Assembly (NCBI GenBank): GCA_950097015.1
Contig: CATNEN010000003.1
Span: forward strand, 3,782,001-3,846,000
DNA length: 64,000 nucleotides
Direction of reading: 5' to 3'
Source: Macrostomum hystrix
Taxonomy: Eukaryota > Animalia > Platyhelminthes
Shown: in pieces, positions 12,331-24,418 of the stretch
Position numbering within the stretch: position 1 is the first letter of the stretch
Layout of the letters: each line of letters opens with the position of its first letter
Program-made: the position numbers and the translations under genes
Notes under the pieces: model-generated
Databases searched by the model: none
Told to the model about the DNA's origin: nothing
Seen by the model: the letters and a program-made list of their open reading frames with translations, nothing else

Positions 12331-12639
12331 CTCGACTGTGAATTGGGGGCATAGTAGTTCGCTTTAGTAATCCACTTTAGTAGTCCTTGAAAGGATCTTA
12401 GCGATGGCGTGCTAACTCAGACGTCCTATTTCTTGCTTAAATTGGCTTTGTTTCATTGCTTCCCTGTTCCGCTACAGTTGTCTATAGAAGCGACATCGTT
12501 TTTTAGCGACTTTATTCAATATAGCTGTGTACAAGGGTTATGGGTGATGGGTAGAGAGAGGTTAGGTAGAGATGAGTATCGAGAGGGTCGGGTTGATGTA
12601 AGATCGATAAGTAAGCTTATCTGTAAGTTTAACATACAT

Positions 12640-13310
12640 ATGTTTAAAATGCCGAAGCTTTTCATCCTAAGCGGACATCGTCAGGGTCGATTTATTGAAA
12701 AACGAAAACGCAGGTGTTTAAAAGTAGGTTGTTGTACATTGTGAGTTAAAGTCCGATGGACAGGTCAAAAGGCGAACCATGATCAAAATGTTTGGAGAGG
12801 AACGCACACACAGTGCGAGCGTGCCTCATACGTCAGAACACTTGGAGCTGTTGGCTTGCACCGTTCCCCGCTAATTGGACATTAAGGTTGGGCTTGAGGG
12901 CCTTGATGTACATGGCTTCAAGAATGGCCAGTTTGTAATATTGCCTACACGTGTCAACAACTTTTGAACAGTTCAAGTGGCTCCATATTACAACAACTAT
13001 CGCAACCTAGCAAATGGTCCCAGATAGCAGTTTTTTACCCAATGCTCCTTAAGCCCTCGTGTATAAATGTCGTTTTGTCTTTCCCACGTAGGTGGTGTTC
13101 TGATCCACAGAACAATTGAATTGGTACACGACACCTGCAACAAGTGGCCTTGGAACACGGGATTTCAATCTCCTAACAAAACGGGAAATCTTTTCGGTGC
13201 GAAAGATGACCTTGATATCAGAGTCAAACCATTTACGGAAAACCTTTTGAAGTTGTTTCTTGAACATCATCGAAGGGGTTCCTATAAATGGCAAATCGCA
13301 ATTCTGCCAT
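12640..13310 (-). mobile_element. Penelope-like retroelement 3' fragment (GIY-YIG endonuclease pseudogene + 3' UTR)
   Basis: LPFIG...GVVYQFNC...YVGKTKRHLYTR, then after a stop/frameshift KLAILEAMYIKALKPNLNVQ. Confidence 0.85.
12648..12692 (-). ncRNA. Minimal type I hammerhead ribozyme of a Penelope-like element
   Basis: Minus strand GACC-CUGACGA-U-GUCC-gcuua-GGAU-GAAA-AGCU-UC-GG. It has the core boxes, stem II, a palindromic AAGCUU helix III and a UC site. Same strand as, and ~180 nt 3' of, the GIY-YIG ORF. Stem I is weak. Confidence 0.65.
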
Positions 13311-14090
13311 TCTGCTTCTTCTGCCATTCTGCCATTTTTTACTCTCTGCTTTTAACACAGTTGGCTAATATGACTATAGATACTTATTCAACAGCGGTTG
13401 ACAGCCGTTCACTGACGTTGAATGAGAACAGAACGGGAGGTTTTTCAGAGTCACTAGTCTCTTTTTATTCAAAATGCTGGATTTAAGCGTCGCAGAATAC
13501 AATATAACCTTCTTGTTCATTGTTCTCGCAAGCTATATTTGAGGGGGTTGAGGAGACTAAAAACCTGTATTCCGTGACCTGTACGCTCGTATCTAAGCAG
13601 AATTGATGGAAATGCACTCCGTTGAAAGACAATGCATTATTTTGTCTCTTGTGAGGAATGCAATTATTTTTTATAGAAATTAACCAGCTGCAACACCCTT
13701 CCAACTACAAAAATTCGAATTGTATTCCAACAGTAAAAGCTTTTTTTCAACGAAACCTGTCACAGTAATGCTTGCACAGCCTCCAGTGTTTGAAATTGAT
13801 AATATTACTGTTTCTCTTAAATGACTGTTGTTTATTTTTGCGTGTTTTCCCTAACTACTTATAGTAGTATTATACGAATAATATAATACTTATTTTGTTC
13901 AGGTAACAATGCTAACTTAGAGACATTTTATTTCACACTTCAAAGCAAGTTGTCTTCTCGGTGCTTTTTCTAAACATATCGCTTTCATTCCGATAATCTC
14001 AACTGAAGCCCTAAAAAATAAGGGGATTGTTTGGCTGTAATTATCGTTGGCGTTTTCACATTGATCTATGTGAAAGCTGATCGGATATTG

Positions 14091-14587
14091 CAGGGGTCGG
14101 CAAACTCCGGCACGCGGGCCAGATGTGGCCCTCGAAACTCCCAAATCCGGCCCGTTGCCCCTTCTGACACCTACAGTATCCTGTCTCATCTCTCCCGTGT
14201 CTCATCTCTCCCGTGTCTCATCTCTCCCGTGGCTCATCTCTCCCGTGTCTCATCTCTCCCGTGTCTCATCTCTCCCGTGTCTCATCTCTCCCGTGTCTCA
14301 TCTCTCCCGCGTCTCATCTCTCCCGTGTCTCATCTCTCCCGTGTCTCATCTCTCCCGTGTCTCATCTCTCCCGTGTCTCATCTCTCCCGTGTCTCATCTC
14401 TCCTGTCTCATCTCTCCCGTGGCTCATCTCTCCCGTGGCTCATCTCTCCCGTGTCTCATCTCTCCCGTGTCTCATCTCTCCCGTGTCTCATCTCTAACTT
14501 GTCTCATATTTTTACAGTCGATGCGGCTCACTGTCGTCTTTTAGGTTCTCTATTTGGCCCGCTGGCTAATAAGTTTTCCGACCCCAG
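14091..14587 (+). mobile_element. Non-autonomous hAT-like MITE carrying the 16-bp minisatellite
   Basis: TIRs CAGGGGTCGGCAAACT and AGTTTTCCGACCCCAG (14/16 match). Perfect 8-bp TSD GGATATTG at 14083-14090 and 14588-14595. Confidence 0.92.
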
Positions 14588-14626
14588 GGATATTGAATTG
14601 AATTGAAAATTGAATCCTTAAGGTCT

Positions 14627-15260
14627 TCAAGCCGAGGTCTGGCGATCGCTGCTCACCAGCGCTTCAGAGCTGAACCAGTTATTGCCGAAGCTTGCATCAA
14701 AAACTATCTTGAGCAGTCTAGCTCCGGATGAGGCCAGCAGCTCCACGATGAGCTGCCGACGCGGCATCAGCTCAGTAGGCTGAGTCAGCTGAGTCAGTCG
14801 ATAGATCCAGCACGATCGATAGCTGGCCACCTGAGGCACGGAGTCCGGCCACATCATGAGGAACCCGCCAGCACCGCAGTCGGCAACAGGAGTCGAATAG
14901 AGAGACCTCGCAGAGACTCCCGATCCGGCCCTGATGGGGAACAGAGCGAGTCTGAGCTGTCCGATGCGCGAGTTCGCGAACAGCTTCAAAGAAGGCTGCT
15001 GCACGGCTGGCGAATGGTTAGCCGAGACGCCTGCAGTTTCGTGAGTTCTCGTCGAATTCGACCACAGGCTCCCGTGGTGGTTCTTGAGTTACCCAGGACA
15101 GAGTCGATACGCAGCTGATGACGCTATCTCCGCTGCCGTCCTGCAGCTGCTTGTACCCGCTAGATGTCACAGTCAAGTGCTGAATTCTGAGCACAACTTC
15201 TCCGGCCCGGCAAACCTCTACAAAAAGCAGCAGGAACAGCACTGACGATGCTTGGAGCAT
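14627..15260 (-). pseudogene. Frameshifted secreted protein gene (signal peptide, PAN-like segment, uncharacterised C-terminal domain)
   Basis: ORF 15018-15260 has a signal peptide and VEFDENSRNC. It continues in a shifted frame into ORF 14627-15004 (KIVFDA..NWFSS). No intron signal at the junction. Confidence 0.5.
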
Positions 15261-15684
15261 GCTTCTGCACGATTAATAATTGCTCGACGAGACCAGTAAG
15301 ACACTACACTAATACAAATGAGCCCAAGGATTTTTAAACACCCGTTTGGCCCAGTTTATTTTCGGGTTAAATTGACAGTATCTTCTTTTGTGCTTTCTCA
15401 TCGGCTGCTTATTGGCTGACTGTTGCTTTTTGTTTTTATTGAATTAAATGCGAGCTAATGTTATTCTGTGAAAGCAGACGACACTTGTAAAAGAAGTTTT
15501 ACATTTAAAAGCGTGTTTTACGTTTACTTGCGTCGCTAATTAACAGGGGAGATGTTGAGATAGTCTTGATGCAATTGTCACCTATTTTATCATCATCAAA
15601 GAAGCAACTTCATTGGTACACTCTCAGAATGTCTATGGCTTAAAGTTGGGGGCAGTTTAGCAAGAGAGATATAGAAAGTCGTGG

Positions 15685-16408
15685 CCACAGACATTCAGGG
15701 CGTGCAGCAAATGCTTTTCATTATAAGGCTTCAGCAACGTATTATGGTATAAACGATCACTCAGCGATAATGGCATGTCTATGGCACAAACTGCGCGAAT
15801 CCGCCATGAGCCAGAAGCTGACAAAATTTGGACGCTTATATTTGTTTCTTTTAATTATCAATTTAAGTATTTTACCAACCGGTAAAAGCATTATAAGGCT
15901 TCAGGCCATAGACAAATCAACTCCCTCTATAACACCGTTGCTTGTCGACCGACAGCCGCCAGATAGCGTTATAGGGGGAGTTGATTTGTCTATGGCCTGA
16001 AGCCTTATAATGCTTTTACCGGTTGGCTGCCTCGCAGTTAATGGCGATTACGATCTCGGCGCTACGCGCCTCGATCGACCGCCATTAACTTGCTCGGCAC
16101 CCAACCGGTAAAGTTCCATTGTACACATTTGGAGGGGCTTTTTTCCCAGCCACCAATGAAGCCTGATTGTTGCACGCCTTTACTGTCTATGTCCCGAACC
16201 CCGCCAGCTGTCTCGCTGTCTTACAGCCTTCCCCAAACTGAGTTCTCTTGCTGCCCTAAGTCAGGCTTTCTACTTTTGGACCATAGACATTTCGGGCGTG
16301 CACCAATCGACAAAATAATCGATTGCTGCACGCCCCGCGAGACCGCTGGCTATATCCGCTCCGTGAGACTGATTGTTGCACGCCCCAACTGTCTGTGGTC
16401 CAAAAGTA
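15685..16408. repeat. Nested inverted-repeat (foldback/MITE-like) complex
   Basis: 59-bp arms at 15875-15933 and 15968-16026. Second IR at 16271-16308 and 16371-16408. Recurrent CCAYAGAC...GTCTRTGG termini. Confidence 0.8.
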
Positions 16409-17129
16409 TACAATGCCAGTGATAAACGGCTAAAGTTTTAAGTTTTAAAAAGTTTTAAAAACATTGCAGCACTCATAGCCGTTTATTACTATATCATTGG
16501 GCGACCCCAAAATATCCCTCTAAAATGATGAAATGCTTTTGCTTGGCTAAGCATGATTCACAGCTGGATTTACAGAAAAATATAAAATTCCGGAAGTTGC
16601 GCCGACAAAGTCAGGTGGACGACCAGCTGAAATCCGCATTTTTTAGTCTCCTGTAGGCCTCCTGCGGGTAGCAACAGGAAAAGACTTCGTTAAAATCAAA
16701 TACAAAAGGAAGACTAAAAAACAATTAATAGGCACAGAAGCTTGATGCTGTAAAAAAATTTGAAACAGTTCATTTTTCTTAGTATTTTCACCGATACTCT
16801 CTTTGTTTTTTTGCAAAAAATGGGAGTAGAGTAACATGGAAGCAAGGCATTGGACAGTAGGCACTATTTCCTGATGGATCGCACTCTATTCAGCATTGAG
16901 CAACGGAAGTTCTTTACATAGTTTTTTCCAAGGTTTTTACGAGCTTTGTTCGAGTTCTACAAAGAACTTCGAATGGGGTCGAGTTTGCAGTAAAATCTAC
17001 TTAAAAGTTCATACCTTTTAATTTAAAAAATCGCTACCCACTAAGACTTTCCATTGTTCGTAACACGACTTTTTTAAATAAAACCCAGCGTCTCGAAACA
17101 CGCTGAGCAACAGCAACACCAACAGCTCA

Positions 17130-18096
17130 CGTGCTGTTGCTGACTGATGCTGTTGCTGACTGATGCTGTTGCTGACTGATGCTGTTACTGACAGATGCTG
17201 TTACTGACAGATGCTGTTGCTGACTGATGCTGTTGCTGACTGATGCTGTTGCTGACTGATGCTGTTGCTGACTGATGCTGTTGCTGACTGATAAGTATTG
17301 CTGACTGATTCTATTGCTGACTGATGAGTGTTGCTGACTGATGCTGTTGCTGACTGATGCTGTTGCTGACTGATGCTGTTGCTGACTGATGCTGTTGCTG
17401 ACTGATGCTGTTGCTGACTGATGAGTGTTGCTGACTGATGAGTGTTGCTGACTGATGAGTGTTGCTGACTGATGAGTGTTGCTGACTGATGAGTGTTGCT
17501 GACTGATGCTGTTGCTGACTGATGCTGTTGCTGACTGATGAGTGTTGCTGACTGATGCTGTTGCTGACTGATGCTGTTGCTGACTGATGCTGTTGCTGAC
17601 TGATGCTGTTGCTGACTGATGAGTGTTGCTGACTGATTCTATTGCTGACTGATGAGTGTTGCTGACTGATGAGTGTTGCTGACTGATTCTATTGCTGACT
17701 GATTCTATTGCTGACTGATGAGTGTTGCTGACTGATGAGTGTTGCTGACTGATGAGTGTTGCTGACTGATGAGTGTTGCTGACTGATGAGTGTTGCTGAC
17801 TGATGAGTGTTGCTGACTGATGCTGTTGCTGACTGATGCTGTTGCTGACTGATGAGTGTTGCTGACTGATGCTGTTGCTGACTGATGAGTGTTGCTGACT
17901 GATGCTGTTGCTGACTGATGAGTGTTGCTGACTGATGCTGTTGCTGACTGATGAGTGTTGCTGACTGATGCTGTTGCTGACTGATGAGTGTTGCTGACTG
18001 ATGCTGTTGCTGACTGATGAGTGTTGCTGACTGATGCTGTTGCTGACTGATGAGTGTTGCTGACTGATGCTGTTGCTGACTGATGAGTGTTGCTGA
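17130..18096. repeat. 16/17-bp minisatellite (TGCTGTTGCTGACTGA / TGAGTGTTGCTGACTGA)
   Basis: Tandem array with two alternating unit variants. Confidence 0.97.
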
Positions 18097-18408
18097 CATA
18101 TGTTTTTAGATGCTCTGTATGAGTGCGACAAGCTAAAGTGTCACCATACTTCAGAATGGTTAGCATTATGACAGAATATATATTCTTTCGATAACGATAA
18201 CATTTTCAGACCGTCAATGATTACTTTTATTTCTTGATAATGGAGCGCCCATGCAATTATACGCTTATACAGGTAAAAATACGTGATAATTTATCGCCTA
18301 AGGCTTGTGGTGCAAGAGTCACTGAGGAATCTTGCGCATTTCATACGAGCGATAACCGGAAAATGTTTGACTTCGGTTGGTCAGTGCTCTGGTCAGTGCT
18401 CTCTAGGC

Positions 18409-19264
18409 TTAGAACTCGTCAATAGCGAAGCCGAATGCCTGGACCTCGCACAGGCTGAGAATGCCGATCTGCGGGCTGCTGATCTCCAGGCTGCTCCCGG
18501 CTCGGTGGCAGGCGAAGCTGCGCACGGAGAAGGCGGCAGTTCCGTTCAGAGCGAAGTCGGCGCACTTCTGGCCGTCCACGGAGATGCTGAAGTTGTCCAG
18601 CCTTCCGGGACTTTCGTCCAATCGGTTGAAGATGGTGACAGAGGTGACAACAGCTCGCCAGGCGAAGCTCACGCGCCACCATCGGTTAGTCTCGAAGGCA
18701 GTGTGCGTGCACGGGTGCTGGTAGTAATTCTGGGTGAAGTTTTCGTCAATTCCGTACTCGCAGTAGCCACCGTATTCGACACTGCTCTGTGAGCAGTTTC
18801 TCAGGGGAATGAGTTCTACAACGAGAGCAATCGATTAGCTCAATAAATCTGTTGGGGCAATTCTGAATTATAGCAGCCTTTAATTTCTCACCTGGATACC
18901 TAATGAAACATCGGCCAAAGTCAGTCATGCGGATAACCACTCCAGTGGCTGATTCGCTGACGAATGTTCTTACCCCAAACAGACGGCAGTTGTGCCGTGC
19001 TGATGGCATCGATGACTCCAGGCAAAAGGCTTGACAGCCCTGCGTCTGGAGACACAGCAGCGAGCAAAGGCCTGCATTCAGAGAGTCGGCATCAACTTCT
19101 GGCAGATCAAAGACGAGCTCCTCGACGAAAGTTGGGCAGCTGTCGTTCATGCATTGCAGAAATGCTCTGCCAACAGGTTTCGTTGTTCCAATAGTGGCTA
19201 GGTGCAGTGACGTCAACGGAAAGGTTATGCAGAGGACAGCTGCAAATGATGAAAGTGCCTGCAT
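18409..19264 (-). CDS. Second secreted PAN-like + F-type lectin protein, ~259 aa
   Basis: Exons 19264-18892 and 18815-18409 (phase 1). Signal peptide, CSLLC..CQAFC..CR, CTHT...NRLDESPGR and LSLCEV. Confidence 0.9.
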
Positions 19265-21704
19265 GCTGAATTACAGTATCTACTTGATTTTCACAAAACA
19301 ATTCGCTTCCCATGGCACGCTTATATAACATCTTACAATGAATTTTCATAGCTGGTTTTGATTGGTTAGAATTAAAACACATGCATTACTTAGTCGCGTC
19401 TGGTATATTTGTTTGTTCTATTGATTTTCACTGTCGTCTTAAAAAGTGTTTAACTGACACTCAAAATCTACTGCATTTTACCTTTACAAAGTTATAAATT
19501 AAGCACGATTCGGTCGTACACAAAAAGCACCTTAATAAATCAGCCCTGTGAGCTTCATGATATACAGAAGCACAATTGCAACATGTGATTGACGCCCACA
19601 GCTGGTATAGCTCACATGCGGCTTCTCGGGAAAGCGCTCAATCAGCAGTTGAGATGTTTTATTTTGAGCGTCAGGAAAAGATTTTCCTCAACTTTAGCAA
19701 CCAAGAATTCTCTTATTTCCTGATCATGCAGTCTTGCACAATTTTTTCACGTCACTCTGCCCCCTTATGGTCGAAGTTGTAATTGCGATACGGATTAAGA
19801 TTCTAGCAATGACAAGGCCTCTCGATCAAATAGACTTTGCAAAACTTATTAATTCCATGACTTTGGTGTGCAGTCTGTGGCCTGGCTTGTTTGTCTATGG
19901 TGGTCTATGGCGTCCCGTTTTGATTGAACTAGCTAATTCCATTTAGATTGTCAAAAGCGATCTTGTATGATAGGTAGCTTAAAAACTGAGTTTTTTTACT
20001 CCAAATCTATACCACACGCTATTCCATGCAGCATACACATGATTTGAACAGCAAGCATTGCTTCCGGCGTCTGCAGTTCTGAATCTGGCATGAATGCAGT
20101 TCGTTTTCTATAGAGCTAAAAAGAATCTTAATTGCGGAAGCTCAGCAACCATAGGCGACTTTTTTCACTGTTATAAGTTTCACTGTGGACTACAAATTCC
20201 ATTTGCGTTATAGAAAAAGTTAAAAAAGTTGACAAAATTGAATGATGAGAATTAAAATGAATAGAAACAAAAAACCTGGGAGCAATCTCGGGATATTTTT
20301 TTCATAGATTTCTTAAAACTGTCTCTCCAACATGCTGCTGATCTGTTCTCCAACAAGCTGGGGAACTTGAGATCGGTGTAGAGCTTCCTGTAGTTGCTTT
20401 TTATTGTTCTTTTGATGTCCTGAGGATCACAATTCGAAACAGTACGGTATTTCTATCCGTATGTCGTTTACTAGTTTTACAAACCCTTTTTACACATATG
20501 CAGTGCGACAATCCTACTAAGCTGGACATCAGCAACTCTGACTCTATTGAAATTACAGAATCAATTTTTTGTCTTTTTAAAACTAAAAATTAATGTATTT
20601 AGTTTGATCGTTTTCAACTTAACGACTTTCAAATTTTTTAAAAGGTATAGCAATTTGAATTTTTGTACCTGTTCAAGCCTTCCGAAAATTTTTATCTGTT
20701 TAATGCTTTAATTCGATACTTAACTATGAGTAAGTGATTTAAAAAGGGCCCTGTACTAGGCCTGTAGATCATTTTTATGTGCAACTCAAAATGCTTATTC
20801 CTTTTATTTTATTTGTTAACGAAAAAAGTGCTTTAAATATTACGAATTGACATTTGAAATCTTAACTTTCAGAATCTTCACAGAAAAGAATCGGTAACAT
20901 AATTTATAACTGATGCATATGTATTATTGCTAATTTATTTTTTAAAGCACTTTTTATTTGTTTAAATAATACAATAAGTCTTCAGCATCAACACTTTACT
21001 TTACAAGCACACTTAATTTATTAAAATCATGTTAACTTTTTAAAAAAGGACGTCAATTACGGATTCAATAACTTTCGCACTAAATTAACTTTTCAAAAAA
21101 GAACGAACTTGAAAAACTGCTTAACATACAGATTTATTAATATACTAGCGTATTGCTTGTCTTGGTCAGAAAGCATCGTCATAATAAATGCTTAATTTTT
21201 GAAATGGCGTTGTTGTTAATATTCATAGGCCTACACAAGGAATCATTTAATATGATGTCTTCAAAATTATTTGATGAACAACATTGTTACTATTAGCGTT
21301 GGCCAATTGCTAACGTCAAGGTTATATTTTAGAACACTAGTAAGCCTAGCTAAAACAAGAATAAATTTGGGTCTAGTAATAAATGCCTAGCTCATACACC
21401 AATTCATATTTTACTATTTCATATACTTTAATATTAAGTGATTCAATATATCCAAACGAATGTAAATTATAAATAGGCCTAATGTGAGAATCCATCCGAA
21501 AATATCTTTGAATATAGTCAGTCAAGTCATGTTGGGCCTAGTCATGTTATACACCTTAAGCAGAAGATCCCCCTGTTGGCATTAGCAAACTGTTCAATAT
21601 TAAAGCCTTAGGTCTACCTCTTCAGAAGTTGTAGGGCGTAGCTCCCCAAATAACAACTTTGTCAAATTTACTCTTCGCTCCTAAGCAGTTGGGGGCTTAA
21701 GCCA

Positions 21705-22774
21705 GGGTGCTGGTCATTTCGTCAACTGCCAGTTCGTCAACTTGGTTGACGAATTGACCAACATTTTAAGGTGGTCTCACTTGCAGTTGACGAAATGACC
21801 AAGGTTTTAGATTGCTTCATCAGTCAGTTGACGAAATGACCTGAGAATGTTAGTTACTTTGTCAACTGGCTAGCTACAGTTTGCAAATGTCATAACATGT
21901 ACATAACATTACCTTTGTTATCATTACTTATTATCCGGAATGTTCTCAATCCATCTTTGCCACCCCCTAAACTGACAATGTGCTGTAACTTGAACCAGGG
22001 CCCCTCGCGCTGACACCTGTTCTCTTAAGCTGACAACGTGCACCCTGTCTCTTTTACTTAAACCAGCGCCCCTCGCATTGACACATGTTCTCTCAATCTC
22101 TCAATGCAAATTAGCACCTTGTCTTAATCCTCAACTATCATGTCTCAACAACCCCACCAGCCAAACCAATCCGAAATACTTTAAACCTGACACTGCAACC
22201 TCCTCAAACACTATATAATGGAGTAGGGTTTCAGGAGGGCCACTCAATTTTTTACATCTTGGTAATGGACACTGATAACAGAAAAACGTTTCATGCAGGG
22301 CATGTATTATTGGCAGTTGATTATTGGCAAAGTGACCAAAAGTTGACATTGTCCCATTGAACAGTTGACGAAATAACCAAGCTTTGAAAGTATCCTATTG
22401 GTTGGTTGACGAAACGACCAATACAGGGAACAGGTTGACAACATACATGCGCAACCTCCCAAATCTTAGCCAGCCGTGCAACTTAGTTTTTGCTCTTATT
22501 TGCGACTTAGTTCGTTTCATTGCTCTATTTACGACTTAGTTTGCTCTCATTTGCTCTCTTTTTCTCTCCCCTTTTTCCTTTTCTTCACGCCTTCCTTTTT
22601 TGTCCTTTGGTCCCCCCTCTGATTTTTTTGCGCTTGGTTGATTGGTTTTTGCGACTTACCTTGCTTGGCCCTTGTTTCACCCAGCCGGTTCGGCCGGGTC
22701 GGCCGGGTATTGCGCATGTATGTTGACAATGTGCCCAGTTGACGAAATGGCAGTTGACAAAATGACTAGGATCC
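21705..22774. mobile_element. Non-autonomous DNA transposon with subterminal GTTGACGAAATGAC repeats
   Basis: TIRs GGGTGCTGGTCATTTCGTCAACTGCC and GGCAGTTGACAAAATGACTAGGATCC. 8-bp TSD TTAAGCCA. Superfamily not determined. Confidence 0.8.
22442..22722 (+). mobile_element. MITE with CATACATGCGCAA TIR (P-element-like), nested copy
   Basis: CA...TG termini, 13-bp TIR, 7-bp TSD TTGACAA. Confidence 0.85.
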
Positions 22775-24169
22775 TTAAGCCAATCTTAAGCTGTTGATTT
22801 CCCCCAAAGCAAGAAAACTTTCTATACATGCAATGATCTCATCTCAATGCTAAATTGAAGCTCAATGCTTGAAATAGCCAAACTGATGGCAAAACATTTT
22901 TAATGAATAGGGCCATAAATTATGTCTATCACTCTCAGCTTGGCTATTATCTTAACAGCCTAGCCATTATCTCATATCAGCTTTAAAAGCTAAACTATAT
23001 ATATAGCCATAAACTCATATAAGCTTAGCCCTAGCCATAATCTTATTTCAGGTTAGCTTAACTTGGGCCTAGCTATAAAAAAATATTTTTTTTGTAGTTT
23101 AGGGCCTAGCCAGCCATTGGCCCATTGCTAATCTTATATAGGCAATCAGATCAGCTTTTGGAAAGTACCTATTAGACTGGAGTTTAGCCTTAGTATCTCA
23201 TTGTAGTTTAGCAATATAGCATTCTAGTTTGCTAAGATGTATAAAACTAAGAACTAGACATGGGCATATGATATGGCCTAGCAGTTGCAATTGTAATTTT
23301 TTAAAAATTTTATTGTCATTTTTATGATTAAGAATTCAGAATTAAATATTTAAAATCTAGAGAATGGATTTCAGAAGATTTAGACAGAAAAAGAGAGTTT
23401 ATAGAGTTCAGAGTTGGATTTTATAGTATTCAGAATTGTTTCTCTATATAATAGAAATTTTTTACAATTAAAAATTAATTTGAACTTTATATTATATTTT
23501 TGATTCTAGTCAAAGCATTAAGTAATAGGAACATTAAGTTGTCAGTAAGTCACTTAGTTCCTCAGTGTAGGCTTAATTCAGCTCAAACGGAAAATAATAA
23601 TCTTGTAAACCAGTTCCATATTTGAACCAGTTAATTTGTATTATGCAACCATCATAAATCTTTAAAGCACAATCTTTGAAGCTTTTTTCTTGTAACTGTG
23701 GAGACTTGTTTTGCAATCAGTTTCTGAAATCAAGTCAGAATGGTTCATAAACTATCTTCATAAACTAATGGAACAAAAGTGACCTTTTGAGAAAGCATAT
23801 TTTCAAATATTTATTGTCTAATTTTGTCTTCAGCATTGACTATTTTTGTCTAGAAAATTGTTGCTCTAGGAAAATTTTCTAAATTCTGACCATATTATGC
23901 AAGTATTTTTTAAATAAATTTTGCTGTTTTTTTAATAACTTTATCCTTTTATTCTTTACAATGTTTCTCTTTAGTGCTATGGTTATTAAATTAATTTTAA
24001 AAAACACATTTTTACTTATTAAGCACAAATTTATCACATAGATCTACATAAATCTAGGCTTAACGAAGTATGTTTTACTATTGCCTCCTAAGTGGCTGTG
24101 TGGTTTCAACTAAATTACTTCACTAGAAAAAAACATTGGACAACTTCTAAATGAGCTTGTAATAAGCAT

Positions 24170-24418
24170 CATACATGCGCAACCTCCCAAATCTTTGCTG
24201 GCCATGCGACTTAGTTTTTGCTCTATTTACGACTTAGTTTGCTCTCATTTGCTCTCTTTTTCTCTCCCCTTTTTCCTTTTCTTCACGCTTTCCTTATTTG
24301 TCCCTTGGTCCCCCTTTGATTTTTTGCGCTTGGTCAATTGGTTTTTGCAACTTACCTTGCTTGGCCCTCATTTCACCTGGCCAGTTTGGCCGGGTCGGCT
24401 GGGTGTTGAGCATGTATG
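24170..24418 (+). mobile_element. Same MITE family, copy 2
   Basis: Homologous to 22442-22722. 8-bp TSD ATAAGCAT. Confidence 0.88.

Noticed and set aside
17127-18166. Gln/Ser-rich ORFs
   Set aside because: Minisatellite artefact.
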